From the NCBI GenBank assembly GCA_951406725.2, contig OX597814.1, positions 42,284,001 to 42,348,000 of the forward strand: a DNA stretch of 64,000 nucleotides, given 5' to 3'. The DNA comes from Octopus vulgaris (lineage: Eukaryota). Below the pieces are notes generated by a model that was not told the DNA's origin, did no database searches, and worked only from the letters and a program-made list of their open reading frames with translations. Each line of letters opens with the position of its first letter. Position 1 is the stretch's first letter. The position numbers and the translations under genes were made by a program. Below are positions 26,124 through 40,118 of the stretch, piece by piece.

Positions 26124-28046
26124 AGAGACAGACAGACAGACAGAGACAGAGAGAGGGACAGGGAGAACGAAAGATTTATACAAATTAGAAATAGTGAAAT
26201 AAGTACACTGCTAATTATAAAGTGTAAAACATTTTATATGATACAGTGTAGCTTCTTACAAATACTTCGCAAAACCAGTTTAAATCTTCACACAAAAGTT
26301 TCATATCTAACTGTTAGTCGACATAGTTGGCATCGAGTCTAAGAACGGTCAGTTATCGGCATAAGTGTGAAATATTAAGGTATGAGGAAATTATCTTGTT
26401 TACCAACAAGCAATTATATGTGTGTGCGCGCGCGCGTTCACGTAGCTGTGTGTGTCTTCGTCTATGTGTATGTGAGCATATGTATAGATGGATAGATATT
26501 TAACAGGAATTCACAATAGAGTGATATATCAATTGTCACAAACATGTATTAATGCACTGCTTCTGTTAAACTATAGGTGAGATTTGTCTACAACAATATC
26601 TAAGGCCAAATCATTGCCATTTATCAAATATCCGTTCAGCAGAGAGAAGAGCTAACGACATGAAACCCATATTTACAACAATCTATCACTGGTGCTGATG
26701 GTAATATTTCAATTCTTATCACTTTCCACATTTCGAAACCAATTCATGATGCTCCATTAAACAAGAGATTGATACATCATAACATCACGTGAGATGTGAT
26801 TTCACATTGATTTCTGTTTCCGAATCATCGTACCGCAACGAGCACTTGTCAGCTGCATTATTCATTGCCTCTAAGGATCCCCAAATCACAGCTTTAGATA
26901 TGAAGATGAAGCCATTTTTCTTCTATAGGTGCGCATCATATTAGCCTATAATCAGAGCTGAATATGCTGTTGAACATTCCTTCGATAAGCAGTTGGCCCC
27001 TTTTATATCCAATTAGATACATACACATAAATATATCCACGCATACACATGCTCACACTGACACAATCACACAAACACATATAAGTGTAAGGTTACATGA
27101 CTTGAAAATGATAACACAAGCAGATGCATACACCAAAAGCTATTCACAGATACACACAAATGCAAGTAGGAATGTAGGAATACATGTTTATGTTTGTGTA
27201 TGCGGATGTGTGTTGGCGTCTATGCGTGTGCTTCTTTGTGCATATGTATATATATAAATATATATGTGTGTCTATGTGTGTGTGTATGTGTGTGTATGTA
27301 TAAGTTCTTGCAAGCGTATTCTTCTATTGAAATCTTAATTAACGGTCTTCCATAAGTCAGTGAAATGATTTTCTGTCAATGGGAAAGGAAGAGTACCGAT
27401 GAAAAGCAATATTCTTGATTTCAATTGATATTATGTAGCTATGGAATACGCTGCATTTGAAAACGTATATATTACTTTTCTGTATCTATGATTATATACG
27501 ACATGAATCTATCTTAGCATACACATTTCCGTCTCTTAAACATATATAAATATTATATATTAAAGAGTAAAATAGTTATTTTCGTAAATGAATCGTGCAT
27601 CTGTACAGTACATATCTCAATTATCAACACAAAAGTAAGTGTGAAAATAGAATCAATATAACGGCGCAAGTGAAATAAGTAATATAACAATTTTCGTGTT
27701 CCGCAAAAAGCATTTTGACTATTTTACTTTTCTGAACAAAAATAATTCGATGATAATTTTGTTTAGATGCATATTATCAGATTGTAAAGAGGAAAATTGA
27801 AAATAATAGCTGAATAATTTGTGTTCCATTTCTGAGAACATAATTAACTTATTTATTCATCGTATATATATAGTTACAAATTTGTAAATATCTTCCATAT
27901 AGTCCTGAAAATTACACACACTCCTAACACTTCTGTAATGACATCTAACAACAAATATTTCGAATTAGGATTTTGTGTGTGTATATATAAATGCATGTGC
28001 ATTTATGTGTATATGTGTATGTATATGTATCTCTGTAAAAAAAAGT

Positions 28047-28103
<57 letters not shown>

Positions 28104-28814
28104 TATATACAGACACATACAAACACACATACATACATACATACATACATACATATTTTAAGTTTGAAAAAGAACTATTTGCGTAGGCTTTGTGAAGATG
28201 GGGAAGCACGACTCACAACCTGCCTTGGTGTAAAATATTACTTACTGTAAAGATAAATTGCTGGTGAATCTCAGGCAAGATTTTTAGAATATAATGAGTA
28301 AACAGGGTAATGATGTTATAAGGAAAGGGTAAGAAGGTGATGGACGATGGCGACAACAAAATAAACTAAAATAAGATAAAACAAGATAAAATGAAATATC
28401 AGGTGGATTAAATGTCCTGATAGACTGTGGAATATGAATGTTTTAAAAGTTCATGGATGTAAGAGAGTAAGGATATATAAAAGATTTATGGATATGGAAG
28501 TGGATATAAAAGTAGATTGGTTGACAAATAAATTGGCAGACCGATGGAAAAGTAGGTTGATAGACAGATACATAGACATATAGCTAGATAGATAAGAACA
28601 GAAAGTGAGAGAGTAAAAGACAGAAAGAGAGAGGGGCGGATGAGAGAAGACGAGATTAAGCTGTGTGTGGCGTGCGACCAATAGAGATCGTGTAAGTGCC
28701 TTTGAAACACTGATTCTTCATCGGACATTCTTTAATTTTTCATTTTGTTCCTGTTTGATAGATTATATTTCTGGCTCCGGTTAAAGATTCTGGAAGCAGT
28801 TTAATTATTTCCAC

Positions 28815-29230
28815 CAATCCAGCTCATTACGGGGATTAAGGCTAGGTGTCTTCATCCTAATCTAGTGTACCTTTGAGATCGTGAGATAGGCTGTATCCGT
28901 CATCCTCGGCAATATACAGGTGGGGAAATCTCCACCACAGAGTTGGCTGTAGATATTTCTCTACCTGTATATTGGGTGTTGGTGGTGTTGGAAGACGTCT
29001 TTATGTGCCTTGTGAAGATGTTCCTTCATTTTAAGGTGAAGTTGTCTTCTGTTTGAACATATCTATGTCTCTCCACGGGAGCACGTCAGTTGGCACACCA
29101 TGTTAGAATTAAAATATAGACGGACGCTGTCCGGTGGTTATATTGCTTTGACTGTTCAGTGGTTTAAACAGCATGTGTCCAGAGTATTATTAGTGTGTGA
29201 GAGGTAGTGTCTGAGCGTGTAGATTTTTCT
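28815..29230 (-). mobile_element. Penelope-like element GIY-YIG endonuclease remnant
   Basis: NSNMVCQLTCSRGET*ICSNRRQLHLKMKEHL is a decayed VVY-LTC-CG--YIG-T-R-L--R-KEH motif. Downstream IRMKTPSLNPRNEL matches the P-LN terminal motif. Confidence 0.8.
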
Positions 29231-30160
29231 ATTGATTCTGACGAGCATTAATGATCTTATGTTTTTTTAGCTTGTACACTGTCGCCTCTTTATAATATGG
29301 TTGATTAATGTAGACTCATTTTTTTTTATTTTTCATTTCTTTTTTCTGCCAATTTGGATGTTCTTGTTGATGATTTTTATAACCACTTCTATATCCATAA
29401 GCCTGTTATGTATCCTTACTCTCTTATATCACAAAAAATAAAACTAGCACGAAAGTTAAACCTCCTCATTCCTCATTTTATCTTGATTTACCTCATTTTA
29501 ATTTATTCTATTTCACCCTCCTTAAACTCGCCAACTAACGGCGGTAGCCTGTTAACTTACTTTACTGTTGAAGTGTTTATTACGAGAAAGTGCTCAGTCT
29601 GGAGCTAGAGAAGCAATAATCAATGCCATCATACAATATCGTGAAGGGCGAAAGGAAATAGACAGAATAACAAGTAATTTATTGTGAAGTTCTCAAACAT
29701 GGGATGAAAATAGCACACTTGATGTCTCGGGTCCTTAAGTAAAACCCCAAGATTGCAGATAGATTTGTGGTTTGAAGAGTCAACAGACTCATAAGAAAGA
29801 TGTGTCATGCAGTTTGTAAATGGAAGAGTTCTGAAATATGTTTGTAGCATGAGATGACAGGCATCACTATTCTTACGTAAACCTCTAGCCTTCTCACGTA
29901 AGCCTCCTTGTCAGTCAGTATGGAGGAAGATTATAGTTATTCGATTATGAAGGAGTCATAGGGAATCAGATATTCGTAGTGTTGGAGGTGTAATGCTGTA
30001 AAATGCCCCCTTTATATATATGGTGGTGATTTGGCCTCCAACACCAAACTGGAAATATAAATGCGAGCTGGACACGTGACAAAGTGTATACATATGAAAG
30101 GTGAATGAACAATAAAAAACCTTTTAGATATAAATAACTATCTTCATCTCTCTCTCTCTC

Positions 30161-30234
<74 letters not shown>

Positions 30235-30691
30235 TATATACCTATCTATCTATCCATCTATTTATATATCTACCTACCTATCAACCTACCTCTCTATTTG
30301 TCTCTCGTTAATCTACCTGCTAATCGTTATGTAAATCTATCTATTTTCTACATATATTCGCATGTGTGTGTTTGTGAGTTTGTGTGTGTGTGTATGCGTA
30401 TTTGTGTTTACATATACCCACATGGTATATAGTAGTGAATTTGTAAGACCAAACACAAATGCATCCCTTGGATTTCGATTTCGTTTTGTTAAAATGAATA
30501 CCTAACAGTTGCTGAAAAACATACCCCCAGGCGAACGAGAATTGAATTGTGTACAATTACATGGTTAAATATTAAGGTTGATTAAATGCTTAAGAACGTT
30601 AATTTACCTCCTTCGTGAAACCTATGTAGTTAGCTTACTGCAAACTGTGATGGCACACATGGGGATCTCATTTGTGATGTTTTCAAAATTG

Positions 30692-30789
<98 letters not shown>

Positions 30790-30804
30790 TATATATATAT
30801 ATAC

Positions 30805-31005
30805 TTGAAATTTATAGAAAAGCAAAAAAAAACGTAGACAGGTGTATGAACAACAAGCAATTGTGTTACTTTGACACTCGGGAAGAATGAAAAAGAGTCT
30901 ATTATGTTTCGAACCTACGCTCTTTAGCAGAAAGGAATAAGAAAATATAAGCAAATAGAGAATGAAAAGAAAACTTGTAGATTTCACCTGTCCAACATGG
31001 CAGAT
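30805..31005 (-). mobile_element. Diverged relative of the 11316/33790 element with a decayed hammerhead (30899-30934)
   Basis: rc CUUU-CUGCUAA-A-GAGC(GUAG)GUUC-GAAA-CAUA-AUAG has the same architecture with a mutated core. Confidence 0.55.
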
Positions 31006-31048
31006 ATACATATCTAACAATCTATCTATCTATAAATCTATTTACCTA

Positions 31049-31171
<123 letters not shown>

Positions 31172-31849
31172 ACATATATTGTAAATACACAAACGACAAA
31201 TATAAAACTTTTAATGTAAATTAGGTGCACGAACGAACGGAGGAGAGATACAGAAATTCCCTAATTCTTCATCAGTCGTCAAGTAAATGGTACTAATCAG
31301 TTTCGCACCATTAATGGTAAGGCTGAGGGGGCTTCCCATGCTGGTGGTGCCCCCGAAAAATGTGAAGAATACAGGGTCTTGAACAAACAAATCATGGATG
31401 ACAAGCAATATAGAATGGACATGTGAAAGTGAATAAATGTAATTGAAGTCGAAGAACAAAGAGGAAATAAATAAGAAACGAGCAAATGTCTCGGGGCCAA
31501 AACGACTCGAATGGTGGTTAACGGTTAGAAGGCATGCTAAGAGATAAGAAAATAATCATATAGCAAAATATGTGAGAGTGGGACACAGAGATTTTAGGAC
31601 ATAACTGTTACGCGACCGGTGGGAAAATGGGAGAGAAAGAAAGGCTGGCCTTAGGTCACGTGTCATCAGCAGGTAAAAGGGAAAGAGGGCAAGAGGGAGC
31701 GATGGAGAGAGTGAGAGAGAGAAAACAAGGAATGAGGGGATTAAAAGTACAAATAGCGAAACACAGAGAAAAAAGAGTCGAGAAGAGAAAAAAGAAAAGA
31801 GGAAAGACTAGAAATAGTCATATGGATATATAAATAACTTACTGTTAAA

Positions 31850-32085
31850 ATATCTAGAGTGTATTGCGTACCGTTACTTAATATATGAAAAAATGTATTG
31901 CAAATACACAAACGACAAATAAAAGCGAAACTGATAAATACCACCAGGTTGATAACTGATGAAGAATTAGGGTGCATCTGTGTCTGTGTTCCGTCCTTTC
32001 CTGTACTCAATATACGTCATACGTTTTTATTTGTCGCTTGTGTATTTACATTAAGTAACGGAACGCAACGCATCCTGGCTTTTAT
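31850..32085. mobile_element. Fold-back/MITE-like element with about 60 bp imperfect inverted arms
   Basis: TTGCGTACCGTTACTTAAT...AAATACACAAACGACAAATAAAA versus TTTTATTTGTCGCTTGTGTATTTACATTAAGTAACGGAACGCAA. A related partial copy lies at 31177-31290. Confidence 0.6.
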
Positions 32086-32096
32086 TATAAATAATA

Positions 32097-32170
<74 letters not shown>

Positions 32171-33061
32171 GGGTCGTTCTTAAGTCTATTCATTTGATGG
32201 ATATTCAAGTGTCTGGAACTTACAATGTCATCATCTCAATAAATGCAAATCTCAGTGAGGCTCAGTTTTCAGTGCAGTAATTCTGCAGTATTGAACACCT
32301 CTAAAGTTTAACTACATTTCCGTCTTACGAATACATATAATTGAATACATTGTTGTCAATTCTTTGAATACAGTTGATATATTTAAAAGAAAACATGTTA
32401 ATTTGAAATGATAATAGGGACTCCCGCATGTATGTGTAATAATTAATCTTTCTCCTATAGCGTATATATGTTGTCTCATATCAACAATCATACTGTTGCT
32501 TGAACACACTAATGAATATGAAATAAACATTCACACCAACGCTTTCGCTGATTGCGTCTTTACTGCGCTGAAATATATAACCCTCGATATTCCACGCTGT
32601 GTTCTTTGCGATCTATGGTAAAATTAAACATCAAATTTTGCAATGCAGAATATTATAAGATAATGGTAAGATGGCAAGGAAATTCTTTCTCATCCGTAGC
32701 AACTTATATATTCCCTCTAAATCTAATATTATTTAAGCAATAGCATGTAACTGTATTCGACAGTTAAACAGCATTATTCATATTGGTAGCATATAGCAAT
32801 CATAAAAGAGAAAGAGAAATATCAATCTATATCTGTTTAGTATAAAATGGAATTTATAGTTTACAGTTAATAGCCATTCAGTTATCATGTGACTTTGTAC
32901 TAAAATTTGAAAAAGACTAGAAACATAATTATTAATATATCTGTAAAAGACTTAGATTTAATGTGGTACTGCTAATGAGCTTATGTAGCGAACGGATAAA
33001 AAATTAATTACGTCTAGTTAAACCTACACATACACACATACATACACACATAGACCTTATC

Positions 33062-33105
<44 letters not shown>

Positions 33106-33599
33106 GCTCCCTGTCTATTTCCCTCTTTCTCGCTCACTCCCACTTTCTCTCACTCTTTCCGTCTCTCAATCTTACTTTCTATCTCTCTGTCTGTCTGTCT
33201 CTCACTCTCCCTATCTCTTTCTCTCTCTCTCTCTCAAAAACACATGATATATACGGAAGCAATTATTTGTATTCTAGATGCTTGCAATGAAGAGAATAGA
33301 AAATATAATTCAATGTTAAGAGAATAAATATTAGTATTCGGCTGCTGAAGAGTTTCAAAGTTTCACAGTAATTTCTTTACGCAGATGGGCATTGGTCATA
33401 GTATTTTATAAAATAAGAGGAACAACTAAAAACCAAATGCATTGTTGTTGTTGTTTCTTTTGTTTTTGTAAATGCAATTTCAAAGGACAGAATATATACA
33501 GGCAAAGATACAGGCGTACGTTTGTATTCATTTTGACACCAACGCACATCCACACACACACACGCTCATATGGGAAGAGAGTGTGAGGTACTTATGTGC

Positions 33600-33656
<57 letters not shown>

Positions 33657-33739
33657 GAAATGGAGGTGGTATAACATGTGCTGTCTCCAAGTTCATCATT
33701 TGTATATTAAGGATTGTTTTGTATAGATCTCTAATATTT

Positions 33740-33789
<50 letters not shown>

Positions 33790-33792
<3 letters not shown>

Positions 33793-33995
33793 ATCCAAAC
33801 ATGAAATCGCAAAGAGAAAACACACCAACGCGAGGACGTGGAACAAATATAGTATTATTAGACGCTCAGGAAGGAAGGGAAGAAGGAGGATTTAACGTTT
33901 CGAGCGGAGCTCTTCGTCAGAAACATACGAAAAGAAAGATCCAGAGAAGGGAAGCCTGAGGAAAAAAATTGCCAACGGTACACACGCGGTCACAT
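33790..33995 (-). mobile_element. About 200 bp Penelope-like non-autonomous element
   Basis: Homologous to 11316-11510 in the opposite orientation. Confidence 0.75.
33890..33924 (-). ncRNA. Minimal type I hammerhead ribozyme with intact core
   Basis: GUUU-CUGACGA-A-GAGC(UCC)GCUC-GAAA-CGUU-AAAU. The palindromic stem III is typical of dimerising Penelope hammerheads. Confidence 0.75.
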
Positions 33996-34031
33996 ACATA
34001 TACATATATACAGACAGACACACACACACAT

Positions 34032-34103
<72 letters not shown>

Positions 34104-34241
34104 CGGAGATGTACTCGCATAGCAAGTAATTTGATCTGAGATCGTGTGCTGAAACGAAAACAATTGCAGCGTGGGAGGTGTTTATAAGCCATTTAAGAAA
34201 CACACAAAAGCCGTTCGATTCACTCCAACATTTAAGTTTAA

Positions 34242-34291
34242 TTTGTCAAAATATTTTCGTCGCTAAAATCCGCGACCTGTTCACTGACAAA
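34242..34291 (-). ncRNA. Type I hammerhead variant with swapped G3-C8 core pair
   Basis: UUUGUCA-GUGAACA-G-GUCGC(GGAUUUUA)GCGAC-GAAA-AUAUUU-UGACAAA. 7-bp stem I, 5-bp stem II, palindromic AAUAUU stem III. Lies in a roughly 200 bp block at 34100-34303. Confidence 0.7.
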
Positions 34292-34486
34292 GTCCGTGCT
34301 GCATCATATATACATATATGAACATTTTATATGGTTTTAGATTCAAGTTTTGACGGATATTTCCAGCGTGGGGTATCTCTTAGATAGCCTAAATTATAAT
34401 GTTAATAATAATAATTATTATCTTTGAAGGTTTTTTACTCCCATGCTGGCCACCTGATAAGATCGGTATTTAAATAATGATCTTAT

Positions 34487-34530
<44 letters not shown>

Positions 34531-34535
<5 letters not shown>

Positions 34536-34820
34536 GGTAAAGACCCCCTTCCGTCATGAATGACCATAGAATTGCACCTAGAGATTTCCTTTCCGAAGCA
34601 GAAGTCCTGACAAATTTGCTAATGGAAAAGCACCAGTAGCCTATGTATAAATCTTGCCTACTCCACGCCAACGATATTATCCAAAGGAAAAGCTTGGCAC
34701 GATTAACACTGTGACTCATTTCTACTGTTGAGTCAACAAGAGCAACGAGAAGTTAAGCCTCTTGCCTAAGAACACGTCACTCGGTCCGGTCCGAACGAAA
34801 ATCGGACTCATACCTCCGAC
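34531..34820 (-). mobile_element. Diverged CORE-like SINE
   Basis: rc contains GTGTTCTTAGGCAAGAGGCTTAACTTC..GTTGCTC..GACTCAACAGTAGAAATGAGT; tail ends ..GGGGTCTTTACCCTTTA. Confidence 0.6.
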
Positions 34821-35426
34821 GTTCAATCATTGGCATATCGACTAGAAAACAATGTCACGTGTTGAACAGCAAGAAAGTCCTGCCTATTCCCACTGTCCCG
34901 CTTAAAGTTTGTATTTGTAATGTACCTGTTAGCAGATTTTTTAGTTTTCTGAAAATTCTAGCTATTCCAGATCACATAGACATAACTACTTAGTATTAGA
35001 ATACAAAGTAGTTGGACCCTGTTAGCCTGTCTTTGAGTTGTGGAAGATATATCCACATCAGCAGGACATGTGACCTTTAAATTGATACATAGATTTTCTT
35101 GTCTTTGACTTTTGCCCTTGGTAGAAATTTTGATGCGAATCTTCCACCAATACTTCTTCTACAAATGTTTATATATGTATCCAACAGGCGAATTCATTGA
35201 TCTTTATGAAATGACAATCTATATCTTGTTTGGCATCGTGTAACATTTTAGCAAAGACATAACATATGAGAGGGAGTAGATATATATTCTTGAACTCACT
35301 ATATCACATGTTATGTTATGTAGTGGCCGTGAGTACAAGAAATCAAAGACTTGATACTGCTGTAGATATCATCTTCAAGTTTTTAGGAAACATATTCATA
35401 TACCGTCATTTATCGGTATAATCAGC

Positions 35427-35515
<89 letters not shown>

Positions 35516-36413
35516 TGTATGTATGCATCTATGTACGATTGGATGGCTGGATGGATGGTAATGTCATAGGTATGACATTAGGCTGCACCAAGTAGTGGGG
35601 CCCTGATTCAGAGGTTCGTGGGCTTTTATGAAAATGGAACCGCCTCTTAACTACTACTATTCCTAGATCTACTCTAACCCGGAGTAGTAGTAACACTTAG
35701 AGTGCTAGTTACGGATTAGTTAGACTATTAGGGTGCGTCTACCTATATATGTAAAAACTATACATGTAAAAACGACAGATTCGGTGGAAGAAAAAAATTA
35801 GGGTTCAACGTAGGGAAGGGTGCCTGTAATAAACAGCATGACGTACAGAAAGCAAGATAAGGCAAGTCATCTTGCTAATCTACTACATCTTTCTCCATGA
35901 CCAATCGTCTTGGCTGGGTCATACCATTAGAATGGATATAATCACAAACGAGAGAAAGAGAGAGAGAGAGATAGTAGTTGATGGAGTGCAAACTTTCTTT
36001 AATTTAAACAATGTCACTGCAAAGATCATAAGTCATCATTGTGTGTCCATCCGACGGACAAACATGTAATATAATGTGTGTATGTATGTATGTATGTATG
36101 TATGTATGTATGTATGTATGTATGTATGTATGTATGCATGCATGTATATATTAAGTATGTATGAATGTATGTGTGGGGGATGTGGAATGTTTAAGTGCGT
36201 GTAAATGTATTTCCATATGAATGTAAAATAGAATATGAATGTGAAATTCCGATAAGGAAGAGCATGTAAAGATATTCACACTTCTCTAGTTTTGGCATTC
36301 TTTTGTGGTGTATATTTCGAATATTCTCCTACTGGTAGTTCAGGTTTACAATTCTAGCAGACATTAGATGGAATCATTAGTACAAAATGTTAAACATTAA
36401 ATCAAATTCATAC

Positions 36414-36433
36414 TGAAGAGCGTCTTCGTAAAA
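36414..36433 (-). CDS. Predicted 20-nt micro-exon 4: FYEDALQ
   Basis: Acceptor AATTTCCTTTAG, donor TCA|GTATGA. Supplies the phase 0 to 2 bridge needed between exons 3 and 5. Confidence 0.5.
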
Positions 36434-36896
36434 CTAAAGGAAATTAATACTTGTACATATCCTTTTAAGTGTGTGAAAGTATGATAATCGATGAGATGAT
36501 TATATTGCGCACATATACATATATACATGTACATATTTGCAGCAGCTAATAGTACATATTAATCGCATGCCGATATAATTTTACACTTGTCTACATTTCC
36601 CGTTAGGTATTCTAGGTAAATATTGAGTTGTATTCGGATATGTTATTACGATTCTGTTTCATCATTTCGCCGAGAAATATGTAAATTGATGTAATGGATA
36701 TCACTCATAAATACAATATTCTATGGTTACATGATACACACATACAAATGCATACAGGTGTAAGAGCTGCCGACAAACTTAAACAAACATATACAAGCGT
36801 ACACAGTATATATATTAGTATACGTGCAAAATCGTTATGTGTTCTCTGGCGAATTAGCGTTTCAACAAGTATACTCGCATAAACACAGATAAATAT

Positions 36897-37004
<108 letters not shown>

Positions 37005-37267
37005 GTAAGTATACGCTTCACTATGTACATATATGTGTGTTTCATATGGTAGTAAATACCTTATTGATTAGATTACAAAAAAGACAATAAGGAGTTTTCG
37101 GTAGTGGAAAATTTGATTATAGATTATCAATAAATTCTAATTGTATAGAATATATCTACCACGGGGAAATAAATTTACAAGTTGAGTTTGAATTCATATA
37201 CAATCTAAAACGTCAGATAGTGCAATAAACATTTACAACTAGACTTAAGTTATCAATACTAACCTAC

Positions 37268-37344
37268 GTATTTTAGAGTATGTCCTTTTCGATTACTACG
37301 AAAAAATATTACGTGACATAAAGCGACATAAAATACTTCTACGT
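37268..37344 (-). CDS. Predicted exon 3: DVEVFYVALCHVIFFRSNRKGHTLKY
   Basis: Acceptor CTTTTCTATTCCCAACAG, donor TAC|GTAGGT (an alternative GTTAGT lies 4 nt further). Only the phase-1 frame is open. Confidence 0.65.
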
Positions 37345-38460
37345 CTGTTGGGAATAGAAAAGCACGAAAGTATTTTCAATTAATATTGTTCTGTCTCTTT
37401 TTGTTTTATGTTGTATTGACAAGTATTCTAATTGGTCTTTATTTTAGACATATGGAAAGAATAGGAGAACGCATTTTACTTGACAGAACAAAGCAACAGT
37501 TGAAATTGTGGTGGTTTCATAGTTCATATATATTCCTCACTAAATTAGACAATTGACTCGAAGACGAATAGTTACTTATATAACTAAAGAACTATTACAA
37601 CTATCATACAACATACATCCAACAGAAATAGATATTTGGTAACAAAACCTTGTGAGTGGAATTTAAAGATGAAAACGGAAAGAAACCCGTCTTATATGCG
37701 TGTGTATGTGTGCGTGAGAGAGAGAGAGAGAGAGGGGAAGGGAATACGTGTATCTGTGCATCTTTGTGTTTGTGATTGATCCTGCACTGCTTGACAACAA
37801 GAGTTGTTATGTTTACTCCAAGTACATTAGCTTTTCGGCAAAAGAGGACGATATAATATGAACCAGGCTTAAAAAAGACCATGCTTTTAACACTTTATCA
37901 CGAATGAAAACAATAAAGTATGACATTTTACCTTTTTCAATCACTTTTTAAGTCAATGTATTTGAAGTGAGAGAAAAGGCAAATGAAGGGAAATGGATTT
38001 AATTAAATCAATCTTTTAAGATATGACTTCACATGGAACTACACATACTTTTCTCACAATAATAATATGGTGTTGTTGTTTCATTCCCTCTGATTGTGTT
38101 GGCTCCTGGTGGTAGTAACAACAGGAAGAGATGCTATCATTCGTAGCAGCAGGAACGGCTGACTTTAGTTGCAGCAAGGGCAGGAATGCCAGCGGCTGTA
38201 GGGACACTGTTCTTGTGAGAGGAACTTCGGGCCTTAGTAGCTGTGGAAACTTGGGTAAGCTTTTTGGCATGTTTGCTTGTGGTTCTGTGTATGTGTCTGC
38301 CAGAGATAATTAAGCATGATGTAGAAGGAATTTTGGTTATGAAGGCTACTTTTTGTTGTTGAATTGCGTAATCACTAAATCAATAGAGGGGGAACTCTTA
38401 AAGCTTTGTCGCTCCGTAGCTGCACATCTGTACATATGATCACTGAGTTTTAATTCTTAC

Positions 38461-38539
38461 CTGGTAATTTGAATTCAACGCAGAGACATGCTTTGTCTTT
38501 AGGATATTCCTGTTTCTCCACTGTAATTTTCTTCATATC
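38461..38539 (-). CDS. Predicted exon 2: DMKKITVEKQEYPKDKACLCVEFKLP
   Basis: Acceptor ATTTCATTCATAG, donor CAG|GTAAGA. Only one frame is open; phase 0 to 1. Confidence 0.7.
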
Positions 38540-38808
38540 CTATGAATGAAATGTTCAGATGCACAGATGAAGTAACATATTTAATGTGAATAGTTATTTT
38601 TGCTTTAAACGTATCTCTGACCCTTTGACCAAAATAAATCTATACTACATATGAGCCTTTCTTTATTGTGTGAATTTTGGGCTCTATTATTACTTTTTAC
38701 ATTAATTTAGGTTGATTTCTCTCTATGTGATGGTATGCTGTTACAAGTTTTAGTTCAACCTGAATCCTTTCTGAGAGGCAATACGTTTTGGGATACGAAG
38801 TTGCATAC

Positions 38809-38916
38809 CTCATTGTTTTGGGGGTTGTAGGTGGAATTGTATGCCGAAAATTTCAATTCCAATATATTCTTTTGTTTTAGTTTACCAGTTCCTGAATATT
38901 GAATTTCTTGACTCAT
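38809..38916 (-). CDS. Predicted exon 1 (ATG-containing) of an uncharacterised, possibly C2-like protein: MSQEIQYSGTGKLKQKNILELKFSAYNSTYNPQNNE
   Basis: 36 open codons from an ATG with an in-frame stop upstream. Donor GAG|GTATGC, phase 0, matching exon 2. The true start may lie further upstream. Confidence 0.55.
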
Positions 38917-39314
38917 TGCATCCCATCAACATTTAACCATAGTGTAAATAGAATGAACAATAAAGAGATAGCAAAATACGGAAAAGGTTTAACAAATAAG
39001 ATTTGAACTTAATATTTTAGTGGGGAAAATGACATTAGTGTGTCTTCATATTTCGAACGTTAAGCTTTTATCTCAATTAAGGAGAACATCCTGGAGAGAG
39101 TCAGAAAGAGAGATATGAAGGCTAAGAAAAACCTTGATGGAAATGCTATCCTATAAAGTGTGGGAAAGGAGAACGGGATGAACATGTAGGTGTAACTTTG
39201 TTAGAGTATCTGTGTATAGAAGTGGTCATAAGTGTGGAGTGATACTAAGTACTAAGTTTCCTGTTGATGCACACGCTGGTAATCTTTATAAAAGTATTAT
39301 ATGCGTGTATATGC

Positions 39315-39383
<69 letters not shown>

Positions 39384-40074
39384 TATATGTATGTATATTC
39401 ATATTTGTGTATGTATGTTCGATTTACGTTTAAGTGCACTGTAATTCAACCGTGCATATATTTGCATTTATTAGTAGATATGTATATTTATATGAGTCAT
39501 TATTTCTATTTCTAGATCGTAACACACGAAAAATGACAGGGAGTTTTTGGTAAGTAAATGTATCTGAAATTCTTTCAGCATATATGTCTATTAAAAAAAT
39601 TGCATAGTAATATATCTACAAATGACGTCGACAATTCGCATGCACTATTTTTTTTTTATATATATCCTAAACAATAGCCAAAATGGCTGACTTTCATTTA
39701 TATACGATATAGCTATCTACAAGTACCTTCATAACATTCGTTACGATTTATCTTCCGCAGGCTGTACACATTTAACGACGCTTCTTAGTAAACCATGAAG
39801 TTATGCATTTACAATTTGCATGAATTTATTTGCAGCGTGTTTTAGCTTATATCTATATTAACCTTGTAATGTAAACGAAGCTTTATAAATAAATTTCTAA
39901 AGATATCGTATTATTGTAAAGAATAACTTATGACCTCAATTCACTTTTTAAAGATTCAATCATGTTTTGTTGGTGGGGACGCAAATTGTAAGAATTTATT
40001 ATTTAACTTTTCACTTTTTCATACAAGCATATATATGCGTGTGTGTGTGTATACGCATATATATGAATATTCTT

Positions 40075-40118
<44 letters not shown>

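Noticed and set aside
36413-36440. CUGAAGA-GCG(UCUU)CGU-AAAAC hammerhead look-alike
   Set aside because: No GAAA and no stem I; better explained as the antisense of micro-exon 4.
38016-38313. GC-richer ORFs on both strands
   Set aside because: No recognisable domain; the plus-strand ORF is frameshifted in the second copy; intronic to the gene model.
39516-39790. Plus-strand micro-exon (TTTCTAG...TTG|GTAAGT) and next acceptor at 39760
   Set aside because: The spliced product stops after about 20 codons and no larger model supports it.
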